Of a stretch of 64,000 nucleotides of DNA, positions 29,974 through 43,826 are shown one piece after another; positions within the stretch are counted from its first letter, which is position 1; every line of letters begins with the position of its first letter. The translations under genes were made by a program, and so were the position numbers. Source of the stretch: the human T2T-CHM13v2.0 reference genome, Homo sapiens; assembly GCF_009914755.1 (NCBI RefSeq), contig NC_060932.1; one strand, written 5' to 3'. The notes under the pieces were generated by a model. It ran no database searches. It was not told where the DNA came from and saw nothing but the letters and a program-made list of their open reading frames with translations.

Positions 29974-30273
29974 GGCCAGGCGCAGTGGCTCACACCTGTA
30001 ATCCCAGCACTTTGGGAGGCCGAGGTGGGCGGATCACGAGGTCAGGAGATCGAGATCATCCTGGCGAACATGGTGAAACCCCTTCTCTACTAAAAATACA
30101 AAAAATTAGCTGGGTGTGGTGGCGGGTGCCTGTAGTCTCAGCTACTCGGGAGGCTGAGGCAGGAGAATGGTGTGAACTTGGAAGGTGGAGCTTGCAGTGA
30201 GGCGAGATTGCACCACTGCGCTCCAGCCTGGGCGACAGAGCGAGACTCCGTCTCAAAAAAAAAAAAAAAAAAA
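29974..30273 (+). mobile_element. AluY-like
   Basis: Y diagnostics ggatcacgaggtcaggagatcgag and gagaatgg...agcttgcag. Confidence 0.9.
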
Positions 30274-31468
30274 TTAAAAAGTAATGTTTAAAGTCTATAC
30301 TTAAAATAACCATTTCAAAGAAAAAGCTAGTATCCTGATTTCTGCAAAATATCCTCATTAAGACAATTTAACCATACGAAGAGATTTACTCTGTGTTTGA
30401 ATAATATGGTCACAAGTGGTCTCCCTTACCTACCTCCACCCCTAAATGAGAAGAAATTTAGTATACTCATGGGGATATGAGTTAGGCCTGCCAAATACTT
30501 TTGGAAAAAATTCTGCTAAATTGTTTCTAGAAACTGCTAGTACTGTTAAGAGGGTTGACACATTCTAATATAGCCAAACACAGTTTTTTCTAATTGCTTG
30601 GCTGCAAATGAACTTGTAAGGTTAAAAGTATAAGAATTTATTCCATGATCAGTGATGGAATCCTAATCCATCTTAAGTTGTGTGCATGACAACTGGCATT
30701 TCCTAATATGTATTACGAGACAGAGAATTTTTTAAAATTTTTGCCTGAGGGTACATTCCCTTTCAAAAGCAGAAGATTTTCTTCTTTTGCTTTCTCAAGA
30801 TATCACGCTAAACTTCATTCTTGATGGTTCATCGATTAAGGAAGCAAGATAGAAAGGAGAATCCATGATAGATTTATAAATTTGGGGCAAAATGTAACAC
30901 AAAGCATTCCAATACGCAACTTCAAATCAAAACCTCAACTTGGGCAAGGGATGTTATATCAACCAACAGCATTCTTTAGAAATGCCTGACATTCAATTGG
31001 ATAGAATTATATATTGAAATAGATTGTAGGCATATTGCGAATGTTTTTCCTCTAGCATCTGGTAGTATCAAAGCCCAGGAGGAAAAAAAAGGGTGACTGT
31101 GCCAGAATTAAAAAGCTGCCTCTTTGGATAAATATGTGGAAAGGTTATGAATTAATTTATCAAAAGGCTAGAAGAATTTGCTGGAAGTCGGAGGGAGAAG
31201 CGGTTTCTAAAAGCAATAAGCTATTTGGAATTTGGCAGCATGCAACTTAGTGCTTTGTATAGCTAGTATTATTAGCCAAATAAGGGTAAAATGACATTTC
31301 AAAGGAGGAAAACGAATGAATGAATACATGCATAGAAAGCAACAAGGCAATATCCTAATTTGTAAATGTAAGTAGTAGTCATAGTGTCTGAGATGTAATG
31401 TGGGATGAGCCCCAAGGGAAATCAGGCACCTTCTCAATGAAGCCTTTTTAGACTTCAAAGAAAGTAGT

Positions 31469-32460
<992 letters not shown>

Positions 32461-33249
32461 GCAAATGGTACCATGACATTGTACTCACTTGCTGAGGAAT
32501 CTCTGTTCTATCCCCCCATGGTAAATTGTAAGTTCCTAGAACAGGACAGAGTTAGGTCTTATGTATCTCAGTATCTTTAACACTAACACTGGCATGGAGT
32601 TGATGCTCCATTTGTAGTCAGTGGATGTGGCTGTCTGGCTCACAAAGCCCAGCACAGTGACCTGGTGATGTTAAGACTGGTGTTCTGTGTTTTAATATTG
32701 CCAAGAAATACTTGCATTTTTCTCCCCTCCTCAAGATGGCTTCCCTGTGAAGACACTTCCAGAGGACACAGGGACCACATGCTAACAGTAGGCAAGGGGC
32801 ACATACTTTGTTAACTCTCATTGTGTCTTCAAGCTAGGAGAAGCCTTCAGAGGAAGGCATCCTCGCACTCTTCACCTCTAGAAGGAGCGCCTAGATGGGG
32901 AGGCTGTGTTCCTGGAAGACAAAGAATAGGGCGGAGGGTTTCTAGTGAAACCCAACCTCATGAATAAAAAGAGAGCCAAACTCGAACCAGACGTCCTTAT
33001 CAGCCAAGAAAGAAGTCAGAATTTACAAGTGAGTGAGCAGGACTATAGAACTTTAGACAAATCCAGAATCTTATTCTGTCTCCATTTTATTTCACTTAAA
33101 ACAGGAACAGCCCCCACATGAATATTCAGGGACCAGAGAGGAAGGGGTTTCTGCAGGGTTGCACTCCACTTTGCAGTCAGGCTAGGAGAGGATGAATCCT
33201 AAGGAAGAGATGGCGGCAGCAGTCCCTTATTCATTTTTTTATACGAAAG

Positions 33250-33355
33250 TACAAAGCAAAACAAAAACAAAAACAAAATCACAAAACACAAAACAAAGCC
33301 CCCAAAACAAAATTACAAAACAAAAAAAGTGCAAAATTACAAAACAAAAAACAAA
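33250..33355. repeat. Degenerate (CAAAA)n A-rich low-complexity tract
   Basis: Seen directly in the sequence. Confidence 0.8.
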
Positions 33356-33384
33356 ATTTTAAGCTTTATTTTTTAAAACACAAT

Positions 33385-34495
33385 TACCATCAAGGAAAAA
33401 TGGATACATTGGACCTCATCAAATTACAACTTATGCTCTGTGAAAGACTCTATAAGAGAAGGAAAATGACAAGCTACAACAGGGAGGAAATATTCGTAGA
33501 CCACATATCTGACAGAGGGCCAGTATCTGGAATGCATGAAGAACTCTCAAAACTCAACAGTGGAAACAAACAATCCAATTAGAGAATGGGCAAAGGACAT
33601 GAAGAGACATTTCACCAAAGAGGATTTACGGATGGCAAACATGAAAAGATGCTCAATATCACTGGCTACTAAGACCATATTATACACCTGTTAAAACAGC
33701 TGACATAAAAAGTAGTGACACCACCATACGCTAGAGAAGATTCGGGGGAACTAGATCCTCAGCCACTTCTGATGGGAATGTAAACTGGCTCAGCCACTCT
33801 GGAAAAATAGCGTGGCAGTTTCATAAAAAACTAAACATTCACTTACCATACAACCTAGCTATCATACTCCTGGGCATTTATCCCAAAGAAATGAAAATTT
33901 ATATCCATACAAAAACCTGTACACAAAACTAGAAACAACCAAAATATCCCTAAGCATGTGGTGGGTTACAAATTGTGGTGCATCCATACCATGGAATACT
34001 ACTCAGCCATCAAAAGGAACAAACTATTGATATAACTTGGATGGACCTCAGGGACATGAAGCTGAGTGAACAAAAGTCCATCTCAAAGAGTCATGTTATT
34101 ATGATTCCATTTATGTAACATTTTTATAATGATAAAAGCATAGAGATGGAGAACAGATTCATGGTTGCCAGGGCTGGGGATGGTGGGGAAGTAGGTGTGA
34201 GGGGAGAATAGACAGCACGAGGGAGAGCCTCATTGTGACAGAATAGCTTTGTATCTCGATCGCTGAGTGGTTGCACAAATCTTACACACGTGATAAAATG
34301 GAACAGAGCTGCAACATAAGGTGTGTTCTACTAATATGGATCTCCAGGTTTTGGTACTGTCCTACAGGTCAGTGAGATGTAACCACTGGAAGAGACTGTG
34401 TGCAGAGTACGTGGGACCTCTCTGTACTATTTCTACTACATTCTGTGAATGTTTAATTATATCTAAATGCAAGGTAAAACAAGAACAAAATTAAA
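33385..34495 (+). mobile_element. L1MC/MD ORF2 end plus 3'UTR
   Basis: gacatttcaccaaagagga, ctcctgggcatttatcccaaagaaatg and ggacctctctgtactat. Confidence 0.82.
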
Positions 34496-34529
34496 ACTGT
34501 GCTTTTGGAAAAACAGTATTTTACATTTT

Positions 34530-34668
34530 TAATTTAATTTAATTTAATTTTTTTTAAAGACTGGGTCTCACTGTGTTGCCCAGGCTAGTCTCGAACTCCT
34601 TGCCTCAAGTGATCCTCCTGTCTTGGCCTCCCAAAGTGCTGAGATTACAGACGTGAGCCATTGTGCCT
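34530..34668 (-). mobile_element. FLAM_C / Alu left monomer
   Basis: Single ~130-bp monomer with a (TTTAA)n tail. Confidence 0.82.
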
Positions 34669-34722
34669 ATTTTTAATTTTAAAATTAATAACTCTCATTG
34701 TAAAGTGTTTAAGACTATTTAA

Positions 34723-35140
<418 letters not shown>

Positions 35141-36196
35141 CAATTATTATATTCTTATATACACATATATGGACTTTTGGTTTTTTCCTCAAATGGAATC
35201 ACTATGCTAACTCTTCTGCAACTTTTTTTTCCCACATAATAATAATACATCTTGGACATCTTTTCAAGACACCATAAACAGCTCGATCTCATTCTTTTTA
35301 ATAGCTGCATGGCATTGCATCATATGGCTGTGCCATAATTGATTTAATCAGTCCCATAATAATAAATATTTAGATTGTGTCCAGTTCTTACCAAAAATGC
35401 TGCAATGGATATTCCTCTACAAACATTTTGTGCAAATACTACATCTATAAGACAAATATATGATTTTGATAGATAATGTCAAATTGCTTTCTTAAAAATT
35501 TGTAACAAGTTGTGGGTAAAAGCAGCTTTAAAGAGAACAGGAGGGCAGCTGCATCCCCAAGGGCCTGGAAGGGAAGGGACCCGAAGGAACCTCGCTGACC
35601 ACGAGGTGGAACCCCTGGAAGAACCAGGGCGCCTCCCACCTGTACTGGTGGGGACACCAGGCTTATGGAAAGTTAGCAGTCGTTTTCCTTTTCCTCCCCC
35701 CTCTGGGTGGCTAGGGGACACTTCATCTTTATCAGGAAATGAAGTGAGATTATCTAACATGAGAGGATCTATCTTACCACCCTCTGGAAAGCGACAGCAG
35801 GGCTAGTCTTCCCTCTCAAGACACACCGGGACATTCCCATGAGTGCACACACTGGCTACGGCATCCATCGATGGGATTTTTAGCCAACATCTTCCAACTT
35901 CACTTCCTCGTTTCCACCACCGACCCATTCCCAAAACAATTCTAGTTTGACTTTACACTGGACTAACCCGGGTGCAAAGTGACTGGACCCTCCCAAGGAG
36001 GACCCTAGGCAAAATCCTAAAATGGGCCTGCCATAAACTGATCCTCTCCCTCCCAGCTGCAGGTACCCATGAGTGTTAAACTAGAGAAGGCAAATGTTGG
36101 CATAATCATATTGGCTTACAGGAATTCATGGGTCAGGGATCATTTTGGGAAGGAAGGATATAAGATTTTAACGTTTGCTAAAAGGAGATACAAGTC

Positions 36197-36480
36197 TTTT
36201 TTTTTTGGAGTCTCGCTCTGTCCCAGGCTAAAGTGCAGTGGTGCGATCTTGGCTCACTGCAACTGCTGCCTCCCAGGTGCAAGCAATTATCTGCCTCAGC
36301 CTCCCGAGTAGCTGGGACTACAGGCGCACGCCGCCACGCCCGGCTAATTTTTTGTATTTTAGTAGAGACGGGGTTTCACCCTGTTGTCCAGGCTGTTCTA
36401 GAACTCCTGAGTTCAGGCAATCAGCCCGCCTCGGCCTCCCAAAGTGCTAGGATTACAGGCATTAGCCACCACGCCCGGCT
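36197..36480 (-). mobile_element. AluS
   Basis: Dimer with TSD AGGAGA(T/C)ACAAGTCTT. Confidence 0.9.
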
Positions 36481-36689
36481 AGGAGACACAAGTCTTAAAA
36501 GGACTGAGCGACACTGATGTGTTCCTGAGCTCACAGTTGCTCAGAAACTGGGGTCTCAGTGAGGTCATGGGACTCATCCACGTCACGGGGCTGGAAGATG
36601 ACCCACCTGGCCTTGAACCCTGGTTATCTGTTTCCCAAATCAGAGTTGGTGGACAGAGCAACGACAATCCAGCTGGAGCGATGGTTCAG

Positions 36690-37250
36690 GGTATGTGTTC
36701 ACCCAGCCCTTTCGGGACGTCGCGTGCCTGCACTGTGGGAACGCAAGTGGACAGCCGGTCCCTGCCGTGGGCGCTAGGGGCCAGTGCTCAGCGCGGGAAT
36801 ATTCCCACCGCCACGTGCGCGCGGACAGCGGGTACTCTGAGGAGGGGCCTGCAGCCCGGCTGGGGCTGGGAAGACTTCCTGGACGAGGGGCAGCCCGGGT
36901 TTTCCTCAAGGATGAGCTGGAGTCGGCCCCCGGCGCAGGAGCAAGGTGCCGGGAGAGGGCCGAGCTGGGTGAGAGGCCTGGGCCAGCCAACAGCGGCCTT
37001 CGAGCAGGGACCGCGCAGCTCCGTGTCCCCGCAGTGGGAGGGCGGCGGGCAGGGGCCGGGCGAGTTAGGCCGCAAGCATCTGCTGGGGCCGTCGCAGCAC
37101 CATCCCACAGACCGCCACTGAATCAACAGCAGCCAGTTCTCCCTGGGCTCTGGAGGCCGGAAGTCCAAGAGCAAGCATCAGGATGGGTCCCTCCTTGGCC
37201 TGCAGGTGGCGGCCTTCTGGCTGCGTCCTCCCAGGGCCTTCCTTCTGGGC
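36690..37250. promoter_or_regulatory. Intronic CpG-rich / GC-rich patch (orphan CpG-island-like)
   Basis: Dense CpGs (cgtcgcg, gtgcgcgcgg, gaccgcgc, gggcggcggg GC-box) set against CpG-poor flanks. Confidence 0.65.
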
Positions 37251-37451
37251 AGCACACCTGGCTGCTCTGTGTCCTGATCCCCTCTTCTGAGGACACCAGG
37301 CAGATTGGATTGGGGCCAACTCTTATGATCTTATCGCCACTTTACCTCTTTCAAAGATTTTATCTGCAAATACAGCCACATTCTGAGGTACTGGGGGTTA
37401 GGGCTTCAACGGATGAATTACAGAGGTGGGGGCACAATCCAGTCCGTAACA
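37070..37451 (-). mobile_element. MLT1A/B-like solo LTR
   Basis: ctggaggccggaagtccaag and cacattctgaggtactgggggttagggcttcaac...ggcacaatccagtccgtaaca. Confidence 0.8.
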
Positions 37452-37965
37452 AGGCTTTTGTGTCATTTCCAGGGGCACAGATTCTCCCAGGCACCAACTG
37501 GAACCAGGGCAGCAGCGAGCTCAGATTTGTTTTTGGAAGGCCTGTCTGCCCTGGGGCTGGGTGGGCAGTGGGACCACCGGCAAGAGGCCTGCAGGACAGA
37601 TTAAGCTCCCTCTTGACTAAGCTCCTACACCAGCCCACCCCTTTCTTGTTACAACCACTTTTGCTGCTTGGCTCTCTGGACTCCTGAGGCCCAGGAGGGC
37701 TTAGGGTGGGGGTGAGGCGGGGAGACACCTCTCCTGGCAGCCCCCTCACTACTCCTGCCTCTGGCAGGAGGAGCTCTGCAGGGTCACTATCTGGACCCAG
37801 CCCGTTGGGCACCTTCTGCAGACTCAGAAGGGAGCAGCACTTCCCCACCAGGGCTACAGGGAGGGCCAGATACCTTCCAAGAGGCAGTCCTGGACAAAGG
37901 CAGCAGGATATGCCGGGCTGGCAGAGGCAAGGGATCAGTGGACAACCAAATGGCCTTCAAACCAA

Positions 37966-38323
37966 CAGAGGATGGGTAAATTTGGATGCATGGATTTGGG
38001 GGCTTTATGAATTTAGACATTTTAAAATATGTATTAATAAGTAACAGAAACTTACTTCTTTAGGCACAATATTAGAAATATTGGAAGTATATTAGAAGTT
38101 ATTAAACCAACTGGAGATCTTTTTAGCCAATGTTTTAAACACATTTATGACTAGAGCAAAAACTTACTTTCAAAATATTGTGATAGTTGTATGTCGACAT
38201 AACTTAGGAAAATTGCACACATTTTTATCTTATGTAGTTTAAAACTATTCTTCTGTGAAGAGGTGCATAAGTTTCACCCGATTGCCAAAGAGTCCATGGC
38301 TCAAAAAAGGTTAAGAATCCCTG
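37966..38323. mobile_element. hAT-Charlie DNA transposon remnant
   Basis: Terminal gccaaagagtccatggctcaaaaaaggttaagaatccctg is typical of Charlie-family ends. Confidence 0.6.
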
Positions 38324-41300
38324 TTTAACCAAAGCCACGGATGAGATGAGGTGGAGTCCAAGGAGAGGAAACTAAAGACTCATTTTACCCTCTAGTAATA
38401 AGACGTTTGGGGGCTAGGACTTCAGAAAAGTTCAACTGCTCTGGAGCAACTGGAAAGTTCAGGGCTTCAAAATATAATACAGGTAAAGAAAAGCAAAGTA
38501 TTGGTATTCTTCTGATGACAAATGTTCTTTGATTTTCATCATCCTTCTGAACACAAGTCACAAGTTTGAAAACCTGTATAATGCTGATCATCTCAAGTAC
38601 CCTCTTCCTTCAATCTTGGGTGTGTTTATTTGAAACCTAACAATGTGTGCAAAACCAGGAGAAGGCTGGGGAGTGAGGGATTTTGCCAAAGTCACACAAG
38701 TGTGTGTGCTGTTTTTGCTCCAAGCTGATTAGATGCTTCTATTGTTATGTATCAAGACATCTCAGGGTGTGGTTGCCCTAAAGGAGACAGTGAGGCAAGA
38801 AGGTGACGGCATTTGTAGTTACCAGCCACCCTCCTGCTCTTTTAGGATGTTTGTGTATACACACCCTAATGCCAGCACATGAGGATGTGGAGACCAGGCC
38901 CAGGAGGAATCCATCCTCACAAACACTGAAGAACCCAGTTATCCGTGTGCTGATCCACACGCTGCCGGCAAAGCCTGTAGCTGGCAGGCATCATGCCACA
39001 TTTCTCTCCCAAAGCAACCCTATAAACGTAATCCTTGAACAGGGCCTTCTCATTTCCAGCAGCTCTTTCATAATTTTGTGCTTTCTACTTTTTGAAATGT
39101 TGTCTTGGCTCATCCCACTTGAACCTACAGCCGTCAGCTTCTTTAATAGGGGTGTCTATAAAGAACTGCCCTAAAATATGCTTTTCCAGTGCACTTAATG
39201 TCTTTCCAATTACATCCAGATGTGAAAAGCTGAAGGAACAGTTCTCAGGACTGGACAAGATGACATAAATCTTGCAGCTGACAGAGATCCCACTGAGCTC
39301 AGTTGGGGAAACTCACAGAGAACTTGTTTGGGGCCAGAAAAGCGGCTGGGTATAAAGACAGATGTGTACACTCGGATTCAAAAAAATATGTTAAGAGAGA
39401 GAAAGCATTCCTCTAACACAGTGCCTACAAATACGGCTGAGGCATGAAGCAGGCTGGGCTACCCACCCCCCGCAACTAGATCAAAGGAGGTGATTGAAAA
39501 GGCTTTGGAGAGAGCAGACCAACTCAGCGATGCTTCCTGGTCTCCTTAATTGCTCTTCTCAGGGTGAGGAAGGTGGGCACTCCTGACAGACCTTGCTGGA
39601 GGAGAACAAGGGCTGTTTGTGCAGCTGAGGACTTGGCTTTTATTTTTTTAATGATTAGGTTTTGTACACTTTCCAGAATGTTCCTTTTAAAAATAGTATA
39701 TTCTTCCTTCTCTTCTCCAGATGCTAGGAAGTGCAGGTTCAACCCAAACCGTGTCTATTTCAAAGGGACACAAAAACCCAGAGCTGGAGTTAAAGGAGCT
39801 TGGCGGCATGCTGCCCAAGGACTGAAGGCTTTGGTTTTCTTTTACCTTCCCAAGTAATTTTGTTTTTGAAGGTTGGAAAACAAATTCCACAGAAGGATCA
39901 GCTTCTGCAGGATACAGCCTGGAGCAAGGCAGAGCAAGGAGCTGGGTGCAGGGCTGAGCCAGGACCAGGGCAGACATGGTCTCTCAGACAGGTGCCGCCC
40001 TAGACAGACAGCTCCTGATGCATCCAGGGGCTCGCTTTCTAGTATTTCAGGTTCCCAGGGGAGGAACTGAGGGTTTTCTTTTTTCTCTCAAGAGGCTCCC
40101 TCCAATTATCCACTGCCTCTTCTCTAACTCTTCTCTCTCTCTCTCCCTATCATGACACCCGGCTCTGTGACAGAGGACAGAGGGGCTTCGCTGCACACTT
40201 GCTCTGAGGAGGCTCAAAGGGCCCATTTGCAGCACCTGGTCAGGGCCACTCTTGCAAACCTCGCCTGGGCCCAGCCCACCCAGTGCTGGAGAAGCCCTGT
40301 CCTCCTTGGCTGAGACCTTTTGCTTTTCCTGCCATGCATCCCACGGAAGGCCTGATGATGGTGCATTTCATTGACAATTTTATGACCCTGGCCATTTCCC
40401 CCTGTAACAATATCTTTAAAATGGCTCCTTGTCTTCAGGTGGGTGAGAGCAGGGCTGTGCTCTTCCCTCTCCTTCCTGTCACTAAACGTCTGTGCCTTAA
40501 GCAATAACACTGAAGTAGTAGAATGTGAGTTCTGGATCACAGAACTGCACACATAACTTTGACCACTTTTGTTTCCATCCTGAGATAAAAGCCAAAACGT
40601 ATTTTTTAAATTTATGTTTTACATCTTTTAGTTGGGCATTGCTTTTCTGAGTGAATTCTAAGTATTGTAAAGATGTCTTCAAAGACAGACAACCTCGACT
40701 CTAAAGAAATTAATGCAAATTACAGTGTATCTCAGTGACATGCTAATTTATAGCACCGTAAAGGTACAGTTCAAAGCTCCAACGAGCCAGAAGAAAGTCG
40801 GTGGATTGATGGTTTGCAGTAAGAAAGGTTTAGAAACAATAAAATGTAACTAGGATTTTAGTTTGGAAATGAACTAGGGGTCCATTTGTTCCACGTTACT
40901 GAGTTTTTAATTTAGATCTGCTGTTAAAACCTAATGCATTTTGTATTTGTGGCTAGTAAATGACTCTGACTCGGTGTCTTCAAGGAGACATTGAAAAAGA
41001 ACAGGAACAATTCTCAAAGATAAGACTTGTAGCTGCAGGTTTCTTAACAAAAAATATAATCTCTAGATCTCACCTCTAAAATGTGATTACAAAGCAGAAA
41101 AGTAAAATGAAACAAAGAAACAAACAAAAGAAACACCTGTGATTTTTAAAAAAGAGGTTGGCAATTATTGTAAAAGGGAAAATGCATTTCTGTAGAAGCA
41201 AAATTCACTTGTAGTAGCATATAAAATATCATGCTGTATATTCATGAACTGGCAATTATTAATCCCAAACACGTGAATTTGAGTAAGAATGTAAAAGCTA

Positions 41301-43579
41301 TCATTTGATGTTACAAACAATGACTATGTAAGCATATCTTCCCATTTCTTTGCTCAGTAATCCTATCATTTACACTCTACATGGACACTGAATGTGCAAA
41401 TAGATTCGGCAAACACACTCTAGATTCTAAGAGCTGTCTGGGAAAAATCAAGGGGCACCTTGTTACCTACCCAAACCAAACTGGTGAAAATTGGCACGAG
41501 TGCTTAGGTGCTTTGAGGCCTGAGTAGCTAAACCAGTTTGAAAATAGATACCTCTTTTTAGAGCACAGAAGGAGAAAAAAAATTTTTAAGAGGCAATTAA
41601 TTTCTTAGGATAAGTAGATTTTTGTTTTAATTTTTATACCAACAAGAAATTAAACTCTGGTAGTACAAATAACATCTTTTTTTAAAAAAAAAAAGATACA
41701 AAGCTACTGATCAGGCATGTATCTGTTTTGTTTTAAGAAAGCAAATTCCCGGGTGTGGGTCAGTGTAGCCCTCTCTCTGTGAGGATGACAGTTTTCTGAA
41801 GTGACGACTTGCTCCAGCAGCCACTCCACTCCAGAGGGCTGAGCTTCAAGCTGCCACTTGGATGCATGTCTGTGTAGCCAGAAAACAAATGTACACTTTT
41901 ACTAAATGTTGTGTTCCTTTTACTCAAGATCACCTAATTCTAAATATATTTTTTACAAAAAAAAATTCAGAATATTAGACTATTTAAAAATTAGTTATCC
42001 TTAATGAATATAAAGGTTAATAAAATTATTTCTCAATAGAGCAAGCTGTAAAAAAGGAATTCCGTTCCCCAATCTAGCAGTCACAAATTCTGCACTTTAG
42101 GCTGTTAGTTTTTAAAATGCCACACATTCATAAAGTTGTGTTTTGCTACACATGCCAAAATATTACACAGTAGCTGTGATATGACACCAACCGGACAAAT
42201 TTAAAATTTGTGGAACCCTGAAGAATTACATTTCTTCTTGGATTATCTTATTGCTGATTTCATTTGCAGCTGTAACCTAATTTTTACAATGTTAAGTGGG
42301 CCTACCTTCAACTCACATAGTTACTTTTGCTTCTTGATAATATGATCATAAAACCGAATTTGAAAGACTTCCTTTTGTGATCTGTGTATCTGTATGGAGG
42401 GATGTTTTCTCAATCCCTGAATCAGAGGTGGCAACAGACAAGGGTAGTGAAGATTAGGACTCAATAGAATGGGGTCCTAGGTCACTCTGTCCCAACAGGA
42501 CATGCCAATCATTTATCCATCCACTCTCTTCTTCAACACAGAAATAGCAATCACAGACCATGATGACATCTTCCATTTGAATGGCATTTTACATTTTCTT
42601 ATTTTTAAAGAGAGAAGAATAAGAGTATTAGGCAAGGAAAAGACTAACGATGGCATTCTTTCAAGCCGTGATTAATATGCATGGTCTGTAGATGTATATT
42701 AACACACACAGATCATGGATTTAAATGACTTTATAGTAAAGCCACAGTAGGACTGTGCCTCCCCACAAGACAATGGTGCCCAGTGAGAGCTGCAGCCTAT
42801 GCAGATCTGGGAAGCTGTGGCTGTGGAGAGGTCGAGTGGTCCTCTCACCACTAGGAGAGAGGTAGTTTAGGCAGGACCTTGGAGTCCAAGCCAGCTCATG
42901 CTTAGAGATAGGATTCAGCTTCAACTGGAGATGGAAACATTTAGCCAGTTCATCCTACTCAGTGTTTGCGGCATGACCCTAGAATTCTACCATGTGCAAC
43001 CCTACCAAAAACATGCCTTGGTGCAGGCAGAAGGGCCATCTGGATCCCATCTCCTCATACAAAGGTGCAGGTCACAAAGCCTCCTGCCCGCTCTGCTTGG
43101 GCTGGCTCTGAGACTCACAGCTATCTATCTAGAGACTCACAGCTATCTGATGGTAAGGAAGTTTACACTTGCAAAGGCTCAGGAAGGAGAGGTTGTGAGA
43201 TTGATTTGGGGAATTTAGCAACTTGGTCTCTGGTCAAACTACTACTCTCTCAGGGGCTGTGCGGTCAGGGCGAAGGTTTTGGGAGCCAGGAGTACAGGTT
43301 GGGAGTCAAAGGCCATCATGTTTAGGAGGCTCACTGTTGCTGCAGCAGACACTGACACCAGACCTCCCTTGACCTAGAGAGAATGTGGGACTTGTCCCCA
43401 TTGGGCTCTGGGGCAGCCTCAGCTCAGGGCAGTCCAGAGCAGCCCAAACCAGGAGTGCGAGGTATGTTCACAACCTCCAGAGACAGGCCCAGGGGTGCTC
43501 TGTGCCTCTGCTGAGGTTATTCCCTATCCTTAAAAGGCCCTAACCTCTTATCTTCCTCTGAAAAACCACCGTCATTTCC

Positions 43580-43826
43580 TCCCCTAAAGTGCTCTCCAAA
43601 TTTCGTGTCTGTCCTTTGCACTTCCAGAATGCTTTGCCCATATATCTGTTATAGTTTTTTTTATTTTTTTATCACACTGATAATATGTGAGACTACAACG
43701 TGTCTCTGTACACCACCTGGCCGTGGTCAAGGGGGGTGATGTACATATCTCTCTAGCCCCAACACATAACCTAAAACATAGTGGATGTTCAGTACATATG
43801 AGATGGATGGACGGACGGATGGATGA
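43580..43826 (+). mobile_element. L2 3' end with (GATG/GACG)n tail
   Basis: aaaacatagtggatgttcagtacatatgagatggatggacggacggatggatg. Confidence 0.5.

Noticed and set aside
36695-37687. 330-aa ORF, the longest in the window
   Set aside because: Non-ATG start, GC-rich and low complexity, crosses an MLT1 LTR and has no domain.
43110-43148. 17-bp direct repeat GAGACTCACAGCTATCT x2
   Set aside because: Simple 22-bp tandem duplication, not an array.
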